From the NCBI GenBank assembly GCA_045803545.1, contig JBJMOW010000004.1:480001-544000 (forward strand): a stretch of DNA of 64,000 nucleotides, in the 5' to 3' direction. Every line of letters starts with the position of its first letter. The first letter of the stretch is position 1. The notes under the pieces are model-generated. The model searched no databases. It was not told the origin of the DNA and saw nothing but the letters and a program-made list of their open reading frames with translations. Shown here one piece after another: positions 9,779 through 19,281 of this stretch. A program made the position numbers and the translations under genes. Source of the DNA: Gemmatimonadaceae bacterium. Its GTDB lineage: Bacteria > Gemmatimonadota > Gemmatimonadetes > Gemmatimonadales > Gemmatimonadaceae.

Positions 9779-10535
9779 CCTTTGCGTCCGGCTCTGACGT
9801 CACCGGGGCACCCGCTTCCTCGAGCGGGGCCACGAAGTTGAAAAGCTTTACACGGAGATTCCCGCGAGGGCCAAGCGTCTCGTCGTGCTCGTAGAGAGTC
9901 ACCGAGCAGTTTGCGATTTCCGATTTCTTGTCTATGGTGAGCAGCTCAGACTCGGTGAGGTGCTCGAGGATATAGCGCATGCACAAAACGACTACAGCAT
10001 GACAGACAATGAGCACGCGCTCTCCGCAGTATTCGCGTGAGATCATCTCGGTTGCGCTGCGCAGCCGGAGAATGACATCGCACCAGCTCTCACCGCCTGG
10101 TGGGCGGTGATAGAACTTGCCGAGTAGCCGGCGGAACTCGGCCTGGTCGGGGTACTGGTCGCGAATGCCGACGGCGGTGAGTCGATCGAGAATTCCAAAC
10201 TCCTTCTCGCGCAGCCGCTCGTCGACGATGAGAGAATAAGAATCCTCACGCATCCCAGCCGTCTTCACGATCAGTCCTGCGCTGTGCCGTGCGCGAAGAT
10301 AAGGAGATGTGAGGACAATGTTCGGCCGGCGATCTGTAGGAAGCGCGCCAAGCCAGCGGCCGAGCGCAATCGACTGACGCTGTCCGAGCTCGGAGAGCGG
10401 GACATCAATGTCCCGAATGTCGATGTCGATCATCGGCTCGCCGGCCTCGACCGCTGCGTCACGCGCGACGTTGCCGGCGGATTCGCCGTGGCGCACGAGG
10501 TAAAGAAGATCCGGCCAGATTTGGGTCGATTTCAC
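9765..10535 (-). CDS. Histidine phosphatase (phosphoglycerate mutase) family protein
   Basis: LVRHGES, SPYLRA, RLREKEFG, GGES and VCH motifs. Confidence 0.9.
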   Translation of the reverse strand: MKSTQIWPDLLYLVRHGESAGNVARDAAVEAGEPMIDIDIRDIDVPLSELGQRQSIALGRWLGALPTDRRPNIVLTSPYLRARHSAGLIVKTAGMREDSYSLIVDERLREKEFGILDRLTAVGIRDQYPDQAEFRRLLGKFYHRPPGGESWCDVILRLRSATEMISREYCGERVLIVCHAVVVLCMRYILEHLTESELLTIDKKSEIANCSVTLYEHDETLGPRGNLRVKLFNFVAPLEEAGAPVTSEPDAKVGAR

Positions 10536-10619
10536 GGTGTGGCAACGGTCAAGGAGCGTACCAGTTTCCTGATTGAGCGCACTCGCACTGATGGTGCGAA
10601 CATTGTAACTCGTTCAACC

Positions 10620-11081
10620 ATGCGATCAACGCCCGATCAACACGACCCGGACTGGCCGAAGTATCCGGAAACCATACTGACGTTCTCTACGACGCCGAAA
10701 GTCGAAATCGACCTCCGACAGAGCTTGTCTGACACAACGCTGACAGAATTGAGAGAGATCGGATTTGGCAGTCCATTCGCGGTGATGACTGCCTTCGACC
10801 CGGGCGGACGCGACCTGGCGGCCGCCGAGAATGAAAATCGCCGGCGCGATCTCAACGTGCAACTAAGAAAGGCGGGCTACAGATTCGTCGAGGTCGACGC
10901 CTGCTCGCCCGACCGCTCACACTGTGAGTGCAGCGTGGCGGTAGCGATGCCGCAGGACAAGGCGGTTGCGATGGCGAAGGAGCTGAAGCAGGTGGCGATC
11001 TTCTGGTTCGATGGCACTCGCTTCTGGATCCTTGGCGCACTAGTCGAAACGGATGCATTGATGCTGCCGAGGAATTCCTAA
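10620..11081 (+). CDS. Hypothetical protein, DUF3293-like
   Basis: FAVMTAFDPGG...ENENR and QVAIFWF pattern; start taken at ATG 10620. Confidence 0.6.
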   Translation: MRSTPDQHDPDWPKYPETILTFSTTPKVEIDLRQSLSDTTLTELREIGFGSPFAVMTAFDPGGRDLAAAENENRRRDLNVQLRKAGYRFVEVDACSPDRSHCECSVAVAMPQDKAVAMAKELKQVAIFWFDGTRFWILGALVETDALMLPRNS

Positions 11082-11094
11082 GAGCCCAAAACAG

Positions 11095-11121
11095 AACTGC
11101 CAGCTTGTGGCTGGCAGTTTT
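11095..11121. terminator. Hairpin between convergent genes, probable terminator
   Basis: AACTGCCAGC-TTGTG-GCTGGCAGTT 10-bp stem with short A and T flanks. Confidence 0.65.
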
Positions 11122-11147
11122 CAAACCTTCGGTCTGCGCCTTACTAC

Positions 11148-12650
11148 TCAGATGACCGGCTTATACCGGTATCCGAACACTCCGCCTTTCGTCGAAGTGA
11201 TCCGGAACGTTCCCGTCGACTTCGGTGCGACTGGTCCAACCGTTGTCGTCTCGGTTCCAACGACGTTGCCGCTCTTGTCGACGAGATCGACGCTGAGGGT
11301 GTAGGTCTTCGGCGTCGTACCGCGGTTCTCGATCCTGCCGGCGACGATGGTTCCATCGGCGCGGCGGGTGAACTCCCCAACCGTCACCTTGACCGGCGCG
11401 TTCTCTGACTTGCTGTTGAAGTAAACGAGCGAGTCGGTGTAGATCTTCTGCAGCTTCTTGTCCTTCGTTCCCTTGTACAATCCCTGATAGGCAAAGGCGT
11501 ATAGCAGTGGATTGTCCGGGTTGTTCGGATCCATTGCCATAAGCTTGTCGATCAGCGGAAACGCCTTCGAGTACTCGTTGTTCTGGATGTAAGTCGCGGC
11601 GAGGTTGTTGACGGCATCGCGCGAATACGGATTCTGGGCAATTGCTGCCTCGAACAACTTCTCTGCGTCCTTCGGGTGGCCGCTGCGCGTCGCGATCACA
11701 CCGGCGTGCACGAGTGAGAGCTCGCCGTACTTGGCCGGGCTTGTCATGAAGGGCGCGTACAGACTCGGTAGCGATGCGCTGTCACCAGCGACGTAGTAGG
11801 CGTGCGACGCCTGATCGATCGCATCAGCGAGCAACAGATCATTGTTCGCGGCGGCGATGTAATCCTGCCACGCCTTTTGAGCTTCCTTCGCTGCCGTGCG
11901 CTTGGCCGCTCCATTGGCTGCTTCAGCCTTGTCCGATGCGGCTGCGGCGATTTCGTACATCGTCTTGGTGCGAACGTCAGCGTACGTCGTATCTGCACCG
12001 GCTGCCTTCAGCGCCTGCTGCCAGTATTCGTTGGCCGCCGTCCAGTTCTGTCTGCTCTTCGCAATCGAGCCAAGCACCGAATACGCGTAAGGAGCCTTGC
12101 GATCCAGCAGCAGAGAGCGCTTCGCCAGCACCTCAGCGGAGTCGAGCTGATTCTGGTTGAGAGCGTTGATCGCTCCGTTCAGCGTGTTGAGCCACGGCTT
12201 TTGCTGGCGCCACTGTCCGATGACGGTCGCGCATTCAGGGGACGCCGTTTCGACGAGGTTGAACGCCGAGTCAGCAGCGGCATAAAGATCGATCGTGCCG
12301 GTTGGATTGGTCGTGAGGCCGAGCGAGCTGCGCGGCACGACTGCCTGCGCATTGGGCTGCATCAAGTAGATGATGTAGGCCTCGCCACGCAGATACGCGC
12401 GTGCAGTCGGATTGTCGTTGCCATTGTCGACGAGCCGCAGCGCGTCCTGCAGATCTTTGGTCGGACTGCCTTTGTTGATCGCCGAAATCGCGCGGGTCAT
12501 CGAAAATTGCGCTTTCGCGATGTCGCCTTTCGTGTTGGCAGTGGGGTCGCACTGCGGCGCATTCTGCGCGTTATTCTGCGCTGCCACCTGCGAGGCCATA
12601 ACGAGACCGATCGACAGCGCGGCCGCGGCTCTGGTCATAGTAACTCTCAT
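11148..12650 (-). CDS. Secreted TPR-repeat protein with C-terminal Ig-like (FxLYD-type) domain
   Basis: Signal peptide ending VAA-Q, TPR-like helical repeats, C-terminal GRIENRG...VDLVDKSGNVVG. Start taken at ATG 12650. Confidence 0.75.
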   Translation of the reverse strand: MRVTMTRAAAALSIGLVMASQVAAQNNAQNAPQCDPTANTKGDIAKAQFSMTRAISAINKGSPTKDLQDALRLVDNGNDNPTARAYLRGEAYIIYLMQPNAQAVVPRSSLGLTTNPTGTIDLYAAADSAFNLVETASPECATVIGQWRQQKPWLNTLNGAINALNQNQLDSAEVLAKRSLLLDRKAPYAYSVLGSIAKSRQNWTAANEYWQQALKAAGADTTYADVRTKTMYEIAAAASDKAEAANGAAKRTAAKEAQKAWQDYIAAANNDLLLADAIDQASHAYYVAGDSASLPSLYAPFMTSPAKYGELSLVHAGVIATRSGHPKDAEKLFEAAIAQNPYSRDAVNNLAATYIQNNEYSKAFPLIDKLMAMDPNNPDNPLLYAFAYQGLYKGTKDKKLQKIYTDSLVYFNSKSENAPVKVTVGEFTRRADGTIVAGRIENRGTTPKTYTLSVDLVDKSGNVVGTETTTVGPVAPKSTGTFRITSTKGGVFGYRYKPVI

Positions 12651-12780
12651 CAAGGATCTCCCTGACTTGTCAATTAATGATTCGGGTGGGAAACAGGTCC
12701 AGATAATATACCGTCTAGCAGGGATCGTTCCGGCGCACCGCCGGCGCCAGCGGAAGCTGCCAGCAGCGGGCAAATCGTTT

Positions 12781-14247
12781 TCAGTTATCCGCTCCAGCTG
12801 CGTCCTTCACCAAGTCGAACGCGTGCCGCACATGCGCTTCGGTCGTGTGAATATTGCCGACCGCGATGCGCAAGCCGTATTCGCCGCGGACACGCGTGTG
12901 GGAGATGAATACTTCGCGTTTCGCCAGAACCCGCTCCAGAATGCGCGCGTTGTGCGCGTCGAGCTCGGTCTCTTTCATTCCACGCGGCCGGTGGCGGAAC
13001 ACCACCGTTGAGAAATTGGCCTCGGCGAGACGCTCGAATTCGGGATCGGTGTCGACCCATTCGGCGAGACAGCCCGCGATCCGAATGTGTTCTCTGATCA
13101 TCGAGCGCAATCCTTCGACACCGAAGTTCCGGATCACGAACCATAGCTTGAGCGCGCGGAACCGACGGCCAAGCGCGATACTATAGTTCATGAGATTGAC
13201 GATGCCCGGCTCGTCCGGCACGATCAAATACTCCGGAATGTGCTGAAACGCCCGCCTCATTACCTCCGGCCGGCGCACATAGAGCACGGAGCAGTCGACC
13301 GGAGTGAACAACCACTTGTGAGGATTGACGACCAGTGAATCGGCGCGATCGCACCCGGCGAGAATTTCGCGCCGCTCGGGAAGAATCGCTGCGCTCCCCG
13401 CATACGACGCGTCGACGTGCAGCCAGATGCCGTACTTCTTACAGATCTCGGCGATCTCAGGTACAGGATCGACAGCCGTCGTCGAGGTAGTACCGACGGT
13501 GGCGACCACCGCCAGCGGGATTCGTCCCGCTTTTACATCATTTTCAATGGTGCTCCGCAAACTATTGGGATCCATCCGCATCGAAGAATCAGTGGGGATC
13601 TTCCGCAGTGATTCGAGGCCATAGCCGAGCGTCATCACCGCCTTGTCGACGCTGGAGTGGGCTTCCTCCGAGCAGTAGAAAGTGAGCCTCGGCAAATCCG
13701 CACGCCCTGACATTCCTTCTTCCCGCAACCGCAGCTCGGGGTGCATTTCACGCGATGCTACCAGGGCATAAAGCGTGTTCGCTGATGCGGTATCGGAGAT
13801 GAAGCCGAAGAATTCCTCGGGCAGTCCCATCAGTTGGCGGAGCCAGCCGAGCGTGTGCAGCTCGAGCTCGGTCCCGGCCGGCGTGGTGCGCCACAACATG
13901 GCGTTGACGTTGAGCGCGGCTGCCAGCGCTTCTCCGAGCACTCCCGCTCCGGTGGCGCTGTTCGGGAAGTACGCCATGAAATCGGGGTGATTCCAGTGCG
14001 TGTTCGCCGGCACGATTAGCTGTTTGAAGTCCGCGAGGATCTGTTCCATCGGCTCGCCATTTACCGGCGGCGAGGAGGGCAGTGCCTTCCGGAGATCACC
14101 GGGCTTCATACCCGGAATGACCGGCCACTTTTCCGGATCGGCCAGGTAGTCTGCGATCCAATCGATTACAGCATGTCCGTGCCGCCGAAACTCCTCGGGA
14201 GACATATCGGACGCAATTTGAGCGTCAGGAGGTGTTGGGAAAGACAT
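12781..14247 (-). CDS. Group II PLP-dependent decarboxylase (aromatic amino acid decarboxylase-like)
   Basis: THWNHPDFMAYF, AHSSVDKA, HVDASYAG, PLP-lysine motif NPHKW, LGRRFRALKLWF. Confidence 0.9.
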   Translation of the reverse strand: MSFPTPPDAQIASDMSPEEFRRHGHAVIDWIADYLADPEKWPVIPGMKPGDLRKALPSSPPVNGEPMEQILADFKQLIVPANTHWNHPDFMAYFPNSATGAGVLGEALAAALNVNAMLWRTTPAGTELELHTLGWLRQLMGLPEEFFGFISDTASANTLYALVASREMHPELRLREEGMSGRADLPRLTFYCSEEAHSSVDKAVMTLGYGLESLRKIPTDSSMRMDPNSLRSTIENDVKAGRIPLAVVATVGTTSTTAVDPVPEIAEICKKYGIWLHVDASYAGSAAILPERREILAGCDRADSLVVNPHKWLFTPVDCSVLYVRRPEVMRRAFQHIPEYLIVPDEPGIVNLMNYSIALGRRFRALKLWFVIRNFGVEGLRSMIREHIRIAGCLAEWVDTDPEFERLAEANFSTVVFRHRPRGMKETELDAHNARILERVLAKREVFISHTRVRGEYGLRIAVGNIHTTEAHVRHAFDLVKDAAGADN

Positions 14248-14374
14248 AAGTGGCTCAAATATAGAGGGTTGGCCGCACATCCTCGCAGCGCGGCCAAACG
14301 CGGACTAGAATACCTTTAGGCTGTTCGCTATCGACGAGTATCAGGTTCCACCACGCGCCTTACCACAAGCACGA

Positions 14375-15028
14375 ATGAAAGCCGCTGGTTCTACGAGTGT
14401 TGCTCGCAAGGCAGTCGCGCATTTACGCAAAGTCGATCCGGTTCTGGGCAGGGTGATCGACCAGGTAGGCCCGTACAAGGGTGCGCCGAACGACAATGGA
14501 ACGCACTTCGACGCTGTCGCCCGCTCAATCGTATTCCAGCAGCTGTCCGGCAAAGCCGCAGGTACGATTCACGGGAGATTCCAGGGCCTGTACGGTGGCA
14601 GGACCCCGCGTCCTGAGGAGCTCGCCACCACAACCGACGAGCAGTTGCGCTCAATCGGGTTGTCGCGGCAGAAGTCTGCGTACCTGAAGGATCTTGGCGC
14701 GCGCGTTGCTTCCGGACAGCTACCGATCGAAACGCTGCACGAGTTGACGGACGAAGAAATCATCTCCGCGCTGACGCAGGTCAAAGGGATTGGCCGATGG
14801 ACCGCGCAGATGTTCCTCATGTTCCGACTCGGCAGACTCGACGTGCTGCCTGATCTCGATTTGGGAATTCAGAAGGGAATGCAGAGAGCCTATCGTCTGA
14901 GAAAATTGCCGCCGCCGGAGCGAGTAAAAAAGATCGGTGCGAAGTGGGCCCCCTATCGAAGCGTCGGCTCGTGGTACATGTGGCGATTGGTTGATGGTCC
15001 AGTCAAAGTGCCGCGCTCAAGCGATTGA
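14375..15028 (+). CDS. DNA-3-methyladenine glycosylase II (AlkA/HhH-GPD family)
   Basis: SIVFQQLSGKAA, HhH motif VKGIGRWTA, LPDLDLGI, WAPYRS. Confidence 0.9.
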   Translation: MKAAGSTSVARKAVAHLRKVDPVLGRVIDQVGPYKGAPNDNGTHFDAVARSIVFQQLSGKAAGTIHGRFQGLYGGRTPRPEELATTTDEQLRSIGLSRQKSAYLKDLGARVASGQLPIETLHELTDEEIISALTQVKGIGRWTAQMFLMFRLGRLDVLPDLDLGIQKGMQRAYRLRKLPPPERVKKIGAKWAPYRSVGSWYMWRLVDGPVKVPRSSD

Positions 15029-16419
15029 TGCACACGACGCACGAGCTCACACTGGCTGCTGGCGCAGACAAGACCGCCATCGGGCGTTGTCGCGATGTGC
15101 TGGGTGCGCTTTTTGGACCTCCGCGCGAGCGCCCGTTCGATGTCCGCTTCTGGGATGGAACGACCGATCGGGGCAAGGAGCCGACTCCGCGTTTCACTCT
15201 GGTGCTCAATCGACCAGCATCGCTACGGCGCATGCTGATGCCGCCATCGGAGCTGTCGCTGGTAGAGTCTTACATCAGCGGCGACATCGATATCGAAGGC
15301 AGCATGGAAGCGGGCGCCATTCTCCAGCCTCTGATACGTGGGCGACTCGATTCGGCAGCGGCAGTGGCCAACCTCGTCAAGCTCGTGCTCAAGCTTCCCG
15401 GAAAGGCTGATGACGACCTGGCTGACGCACGATTCCCCGAGCACGCACGAAAGCTCGGGCCTCGACACACGCCCGTGCGTGACGCGGCGGCGGTACGCTT
15501 TCACTACGATGTCGGTAACGAGTTTTACAAACTCTGGCTCGACGACCGTATGGTTTACTCATGCGCCTACTTCCACACGCCGGACGACTCACTCGCCTCG
15601 GCGCAGGAAGCGAAGCTCGATTTGATCTGCCGCAAGCTTCGCCTGCAACCCGGCGAGCGATTCCTCGACATCGGCAGCGGGTGGGGCGGGCTGATCATGT
15701 ACGCTGCGCAGCACTACGGCGTCGACGCTACCGGCATCACGCTAAGCGAGAATCAGGCGAAGCTGGCCCGTGAGCGCATCGAGAAATCAGGACTGGCTGA
15801 TCACTGCCGCGTCGAGATTCGCGACTACCGTACGCTTGCCGCCGAGGATCGGTACGACAAAATCGCCAGCGTCGGCATGATCGAGCACGTCGGACTGAGT
15901 CATCTACCCGTTTATTTCGAGTCTGCGTATCGCGCACTGAAGCCGGGCGGTCTCTTTCTCAATCACGGTATCGTGAGCCTCGAAGCGGCGCGTCCGAAAA
16001 CGATGGGCGGCAAGCTGTGGGATCTGGTGTGGAAGAGCGGGTCGTTTATCGACACTTACGTCTTCCCTGATGGCAGACTGACTGCCGCTGCCGATGTCAT
16101 CTCCGCCGCCGAGTTGTCCGGGTTCGAGGTGCGCGACGTCGAGAGTCTACGCGAGCACTACGCGATGACACTTCGACACTGGGTGCGTTCGCTCGAGGAG
16201 AAGAGTGAGGCCGCGAAAGAGCTCGTTGGTGACCACACCTATCGGGTGTGGCGACTCTATATGTCGGGCTCGGCGAGGGCATTCGCGACCGCGGCTATCA
16301 ACATCATTCAGACACTACTCTCAAAGCCGAACGAGGCTGGGAAATCGAGCATACCTCTGACGCGCGAGGACATCTACAGCGGCCTCGACAAGAATCTGAG
16401 GGCGCCGAGAGTAGCTTGA
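15028..16419 (+). CDS. cfa: Cyclopropane-fatty-acyl-phospholipid synthase family methyltransferase
   Basis: HYDVGNEFY, MVYSCAYF, LDIGSGWG, SVGMIEHVG, HYAMTLRHW. Confidence 0.88.
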   Translation: MHTTHELTLAAGADKTAIGRCRDVLGALFGPPRERPFDVRFWDGTTDRGKEPTPRFTLVLNRPASLRRMLMPPSELSLVESYISGDIDIEGSMEAGAILQPLIRGRLDSAAAVANLVKLVLKLPGKADDDLADARFPEHARKLGPRHTPVRDAAAVRFHYDVGNEFYKLWLDDRMVYSCAYFHTPDDSLASAQEAKLDLICRKLRLQPGERFLDIGSGWGGLIMYAAQHYGVDATGITLSENQAKLARERIEKSGLADHCRVEIRDYRTLAAEDRYDKIASVGMIEHVGLSHLPVYFESAYRALKPGGLFLNHGIVSLEAARPKTMGGKLWDLVWKSGSFIDTYVFPDGRLTAAADVISAAELSGFEVRDVESLREHYAMTLRHWVRSLEEKSEAAKELVGDHTYRVWRLYMSGSARAFATAAINIIQTLLSKPNEAGKSSIPLTREDIYSGLDKNLRAPRVA

Positions 16420-17477
16420 GGGTCGCGACATTTCTGATTGGCGCCGCCGCTGTCGCCACAGCGTGCGCCAGTCCCCCGCCGCCGCCACCGCCACGGCCGG
16501 TTGTCAAAGGCCCGCCGACTGATACAGTCAAAGTCCCGCTCACCGATCTGCTGACGGGAACGTATTTCGGAAACCAGGGCGGACTTTATCCGGGCGGGAG
16601 CAACCAGCCGCCGCCCGATCACGATTCCGCGGTCAGGGCGCGCCGCAACACGATCAAGCCGCTCGACGTGAACGGAGACGAGAGTCCGTTCGGCAAGTAC
16701 GTGCTGCTGTCGATCGGTCGCTCGAACGCAACCCAGGAGTGGTGCAGCGCGACTACGCGTCCGCCATGCGCGCTATGGACGTTGATGGGACGCGCCGCTG
16801 CAGATATCAGTGTTAATCGCTACACCATGGTAATCGTGAACGGCGCTGACAGCGGCCGACAGGACGCGCGCACATGGGCGTCGGCGACATCGCCCAACTA
16901 CGAACGCATCAAGACCGCGCGGCTGACTCCGCTCGGGCTCAGCGAGAATCAAGTGCAGGTCATATGGGCGGAGCTCGACGATTTCTCGCCGGTTTACTCG
17001 CTGCCCGCCGACAGCGCGGACGCGCACATACTGATGTCCAGTCTCGGTCAGGTAATGCGCGCTTTACGCACCCGGTATCCACACCTTCAGCTGGTGTTTT
17101 TATCGAGCAGGCTTTATGCGGGATACTCGACAAACGACCAATGGCCGGAGCCATTTGCCTACGAGCAGGGGTTCGCGGTGAAGTGGCTGATTGAATCACA
17201 GATAACGGAGATGCGCGGCACTCCACCGAGTCCGTGGGCGGGGAGCCTGAACTACGTAAAGAAGGCGGCGCCGGTCATTGTATGGGGACCATACTTGTGG
17301 GCCGCCGGTGAGAAGCCGCGGTCAGATGGTCTATTGTGGCGGCGGACTGATTTCGAGGCGGATGGGACAACGCCATCGCAGGATGGCGAAAACAAAGTTG
17401 GCCTGGCCCTGCTTAATTTCTTCAAGACTTCTCTTTACACGCGTTGCTGGTTCGTCAACGGTCAATATTGCCTGTGA
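16416..17477 (+). CDS. Lipoprotein with SGNH-hydrolase-like fold
   Basis: TTG 16416 overlaps the cfa stop. Lipobox ATAC, poly-Pro linker, SIGRSN block I-like and DGTTP block V-like motifs. Confidence 0.6.
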   Translation: MRVATFLIGAAAVATACASPPPPPPPRPVVKGPPTDTVKVPLTDLLTGTYFGNQGGLYPGGSNQPPPDHDSAVRARRNTIKPLDVNGDESPFGKYVLLSIGRSNATQEWCSATTRPPCALWTLMGRAAADISVNRYTMVIVNGADSGRQDARTWASATSPNYERIKTARLTPLGLSENQVQVIWAELDDFSPVYSLPADSADAHILMSSLGQVMRALRTRYPHLQLVFLSSRLYAGYSTNDQWPEPFAYEQGFAVKWLIESQITEMRGTPPSPWAGSLNYVKKAAPVIVWGPYLWAAGEKPRSDGLLWRRTDFEADGTTPSQDGENKVGLALLNFFKTSLYTRCWFVNGQYCL

Positions 17478-17483
17478 GATAAA

Positions 17484-17990
17484 ATGCCCGTCGCTCCTTT
17501 TGAAAACCTGCCAGACGATTCGCGGGTGTGGGTGTTCGCCGCCGATCGCACGCTCGATGAGCAGCAGTCGAAACAAATGCTCGCGGAGGTCGATCGCTTT
17601 TTGCCGACCTGGACCGCGCATGGGTCGCCGCTGACGGTGGGACGCGATTGGCGCTACGGCCGATTTCTAACCGTCGCCGTCGATCAATCGACTGCCGGAG
17701 CGTCGGGATGTTCGATCGACGGACTATTCCGTTCGCTGAAATCGCTGGAGAGTAAGATTGGCGCCAGCATGGTGACGAGCGGGCTCGTCTTCTTTCGTGA
17801 TAAAGCCGGCGCGGTGCAATCGGCGGATCGCGAACGGTTCACCGAGCTGAGTGGTGAAGGCAAAGTCTCGACCGACCTGACCGCGTTCGATCCGACCGTC
17901 ACGTCACTCGGCGAGTGGCGCGCGCGGTTCGAGCTGCCGCTGCGTGACTCATGGCACGCCAAGCTGCTAAGACAAGACCAGCCGGCGTGA
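17484..17990 (+). CDS. Conserved-looking hypothetical protein (SRVWVF, WTAHG, SGCSID motifs)
   Basis: Clean 168-aa ORF in operon register; function not recognised. Confidence 0.75.
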   Translation: MPVAPFENLPDDSRVWVFAADRTLDEQQSKQMLAEVDRFLPTWTAHGSPLTVGRDWRYGRFLTVAVDQSTAGASGCSIDGLFRSLKSLESKIGASMVTSGLVFFRDKAGAVQSADRERFTELSGEGKVSTDLTAFDPTVTSLGEWRARFELPLRDSWHAKLLRQDQPA

Positions 17991-18409
17991 AGACCCACAC
18001 CAGCTACCTGACCTTCAACACCAGGAAGCGCCAGGAAATCATTGACATCACGGACGAAGTCGAGAAGTGTCGCGCGGCTGCCGGCATCGACGAGGGGATG
18101 GTACTCGTCTCCGCGATGCACATCTCGGCGTCGGTGTTCGTGAACGACCATGAATCGGGCTTGTGGAAAGACATTCTCGACTGGCTCGAGAACAGAATCG
18201 CCCCGTGGTCACCGGAAGACTATCGGCACAACAGCGGTACCGGTGAAGACAACGCCGCCGCACACCTGAGATCGCTAACGGTGGGTCACGAAGTCATCGT
18301 CCCGGTCACGAAAGGAAAGCTCGACTTCGGTCCGTGGCAGCGGGTTTTTTACGGCGAGTGGGACGGTCAGCGCGCCAAGCGCGTGCTGATCAAGGCGATG
18401 GGGGAGTAG
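17987..18409 (+). CDS. yjbQ: YjbQ/UPF0047 family protein
   Basis: HISASVFVND, YRHN...DNAAAHL and GPWQRVFYGEWDG motifs; GTG 17987 overlaps the upstream stop. Confidence 0.88.
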   Translation: MKTHTSYLTFNTRKRQEIIDITDEVEKCRAAAGIDEGMVLVSAMHISASVFVNDHESGLWKDILDWLENRIAPWSPEDYRHNSGTGEDNAAAHLRSLTVGHEVIVPVTKGKLDFGPWQRVFYGEWDGQRAKRVLIKAMGE

Positions 18410-18668
18410 TCGGAGGATTCGTGGCGTCGCTGGCCTCAACTGCGGCGGACGCTCCGATGAAACCGATGCGGCTGTGGGCGCCATCGCAGAACGGCTTGAT
18501 CACCGATCCGCCACAACGACATAAAGCGACGCGGGGTAATCCTTCCGGCGTCGTTTTTCTTTTGTTCTCGGGGACTTCGATTGGGTTGCCTTCAGCGTCG
18601 ACGAGCTTGAAATCGCCGATGATCCAGTACGGGCCGTTGTTGCGGCACAATACGGTGGTGTCTGACAT
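18390..18668 (-). CDS. CDGSH iron-sulfur domain protein
   Basis: NGPY and LCRCGGS..KPFCDGAH motifs. Confidence 0.92.
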   Translation of the reverse strand: MSDTTVLCRNNGPYWIIGDFKLVDAEGNPIEVPENKRKTTPEGLPRVALCRCGGSVIKPFCDGAHSRIGFIGASAAVEASDATNPPTTPPSP

Positions 18669-18672
18669 AGCG

Positions 18673-19278
18673 CTAACCGTTTGGGTGAGGAGTTGAGACT
18701 TTGAGATCCCGCAAAAGACCGTCGCGCAGATCGTAGATCCATCCGTGAACCTCGAGCGGCTGTCCCCGAGCCCAGGCGTCGCGCACGATTGTCGTCTGAC
18801 TGACGTTGATCACCTGTTCCATGACATTCAGCTCGCACAGCCGATTGTGCCGGGCGTCCTCAGAGGGAATGTGCTCCAGCTCCTGCTGATGTTTCCACCG
18901 GACGTCCTGAACGTGGCGCAGCCAGTTGTCGACCAGGCCGAGTCTGTCGTCGCGTAGCGCGGCGCGTACGCCGCCGCAACCATAGTGACCGCAAACGACC
19001 ACGTGCTGAACCTTGAGCACGTCGACGCCGAACTGCAGCACCGACAGACAATTCAGATCGGCGTGCACGACGACATTGGCGATGTTGCGGTGCACGAACA
19101 TCTCTCCGGGCGCGAGGCCGACGATCTCATTGGCCGGAACCCGACTGTCTGCGCATCCGATCCATAAATAGCGGGGCGCCTGTTGTGCGGAGAGGCGCAA
19201 AAAGAACTCGGGATCCTGGCGAGTGACTCTTGAAGCCCAAGCGCGATTGTTGTCGAACAGTTCCTTGATGACGGCCAT
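18673..19278 (-). CDS. can: Beta-class carbonic anhydrase
   Basis: WIGCADSRV and CGHYGCGG zinc-ligand motifs. Confidence 0.95.
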   Translation of the reverse strand: MAVIKELFDNNRAWASRVTRQDPEFFLRLSAQQAPRYLWIGCADSRVPANEIVGLAPGEMFVHRNIANVVVHADLNCLSVLQFGVDVLKVQHVVVCGHYGCGGVRAALRDDRLGLVDNWLRHVQDVRWKHQQELEHIPSEDARHNRLCELNVMEQVINVSQTTIVRDAWARGQPLEVHGWIYDLRDGLLRDLKVSTPHPNG

Positions 19279-19281
19279 GAC

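Noticed and set aside
12781..14247. PLP enzyme as the missing EgtE C-S lyase
   Set aside because: Motifs are those of group II decarboxylases, not class V aminotransferase-like lyases, and the gene is not in the egt operon.
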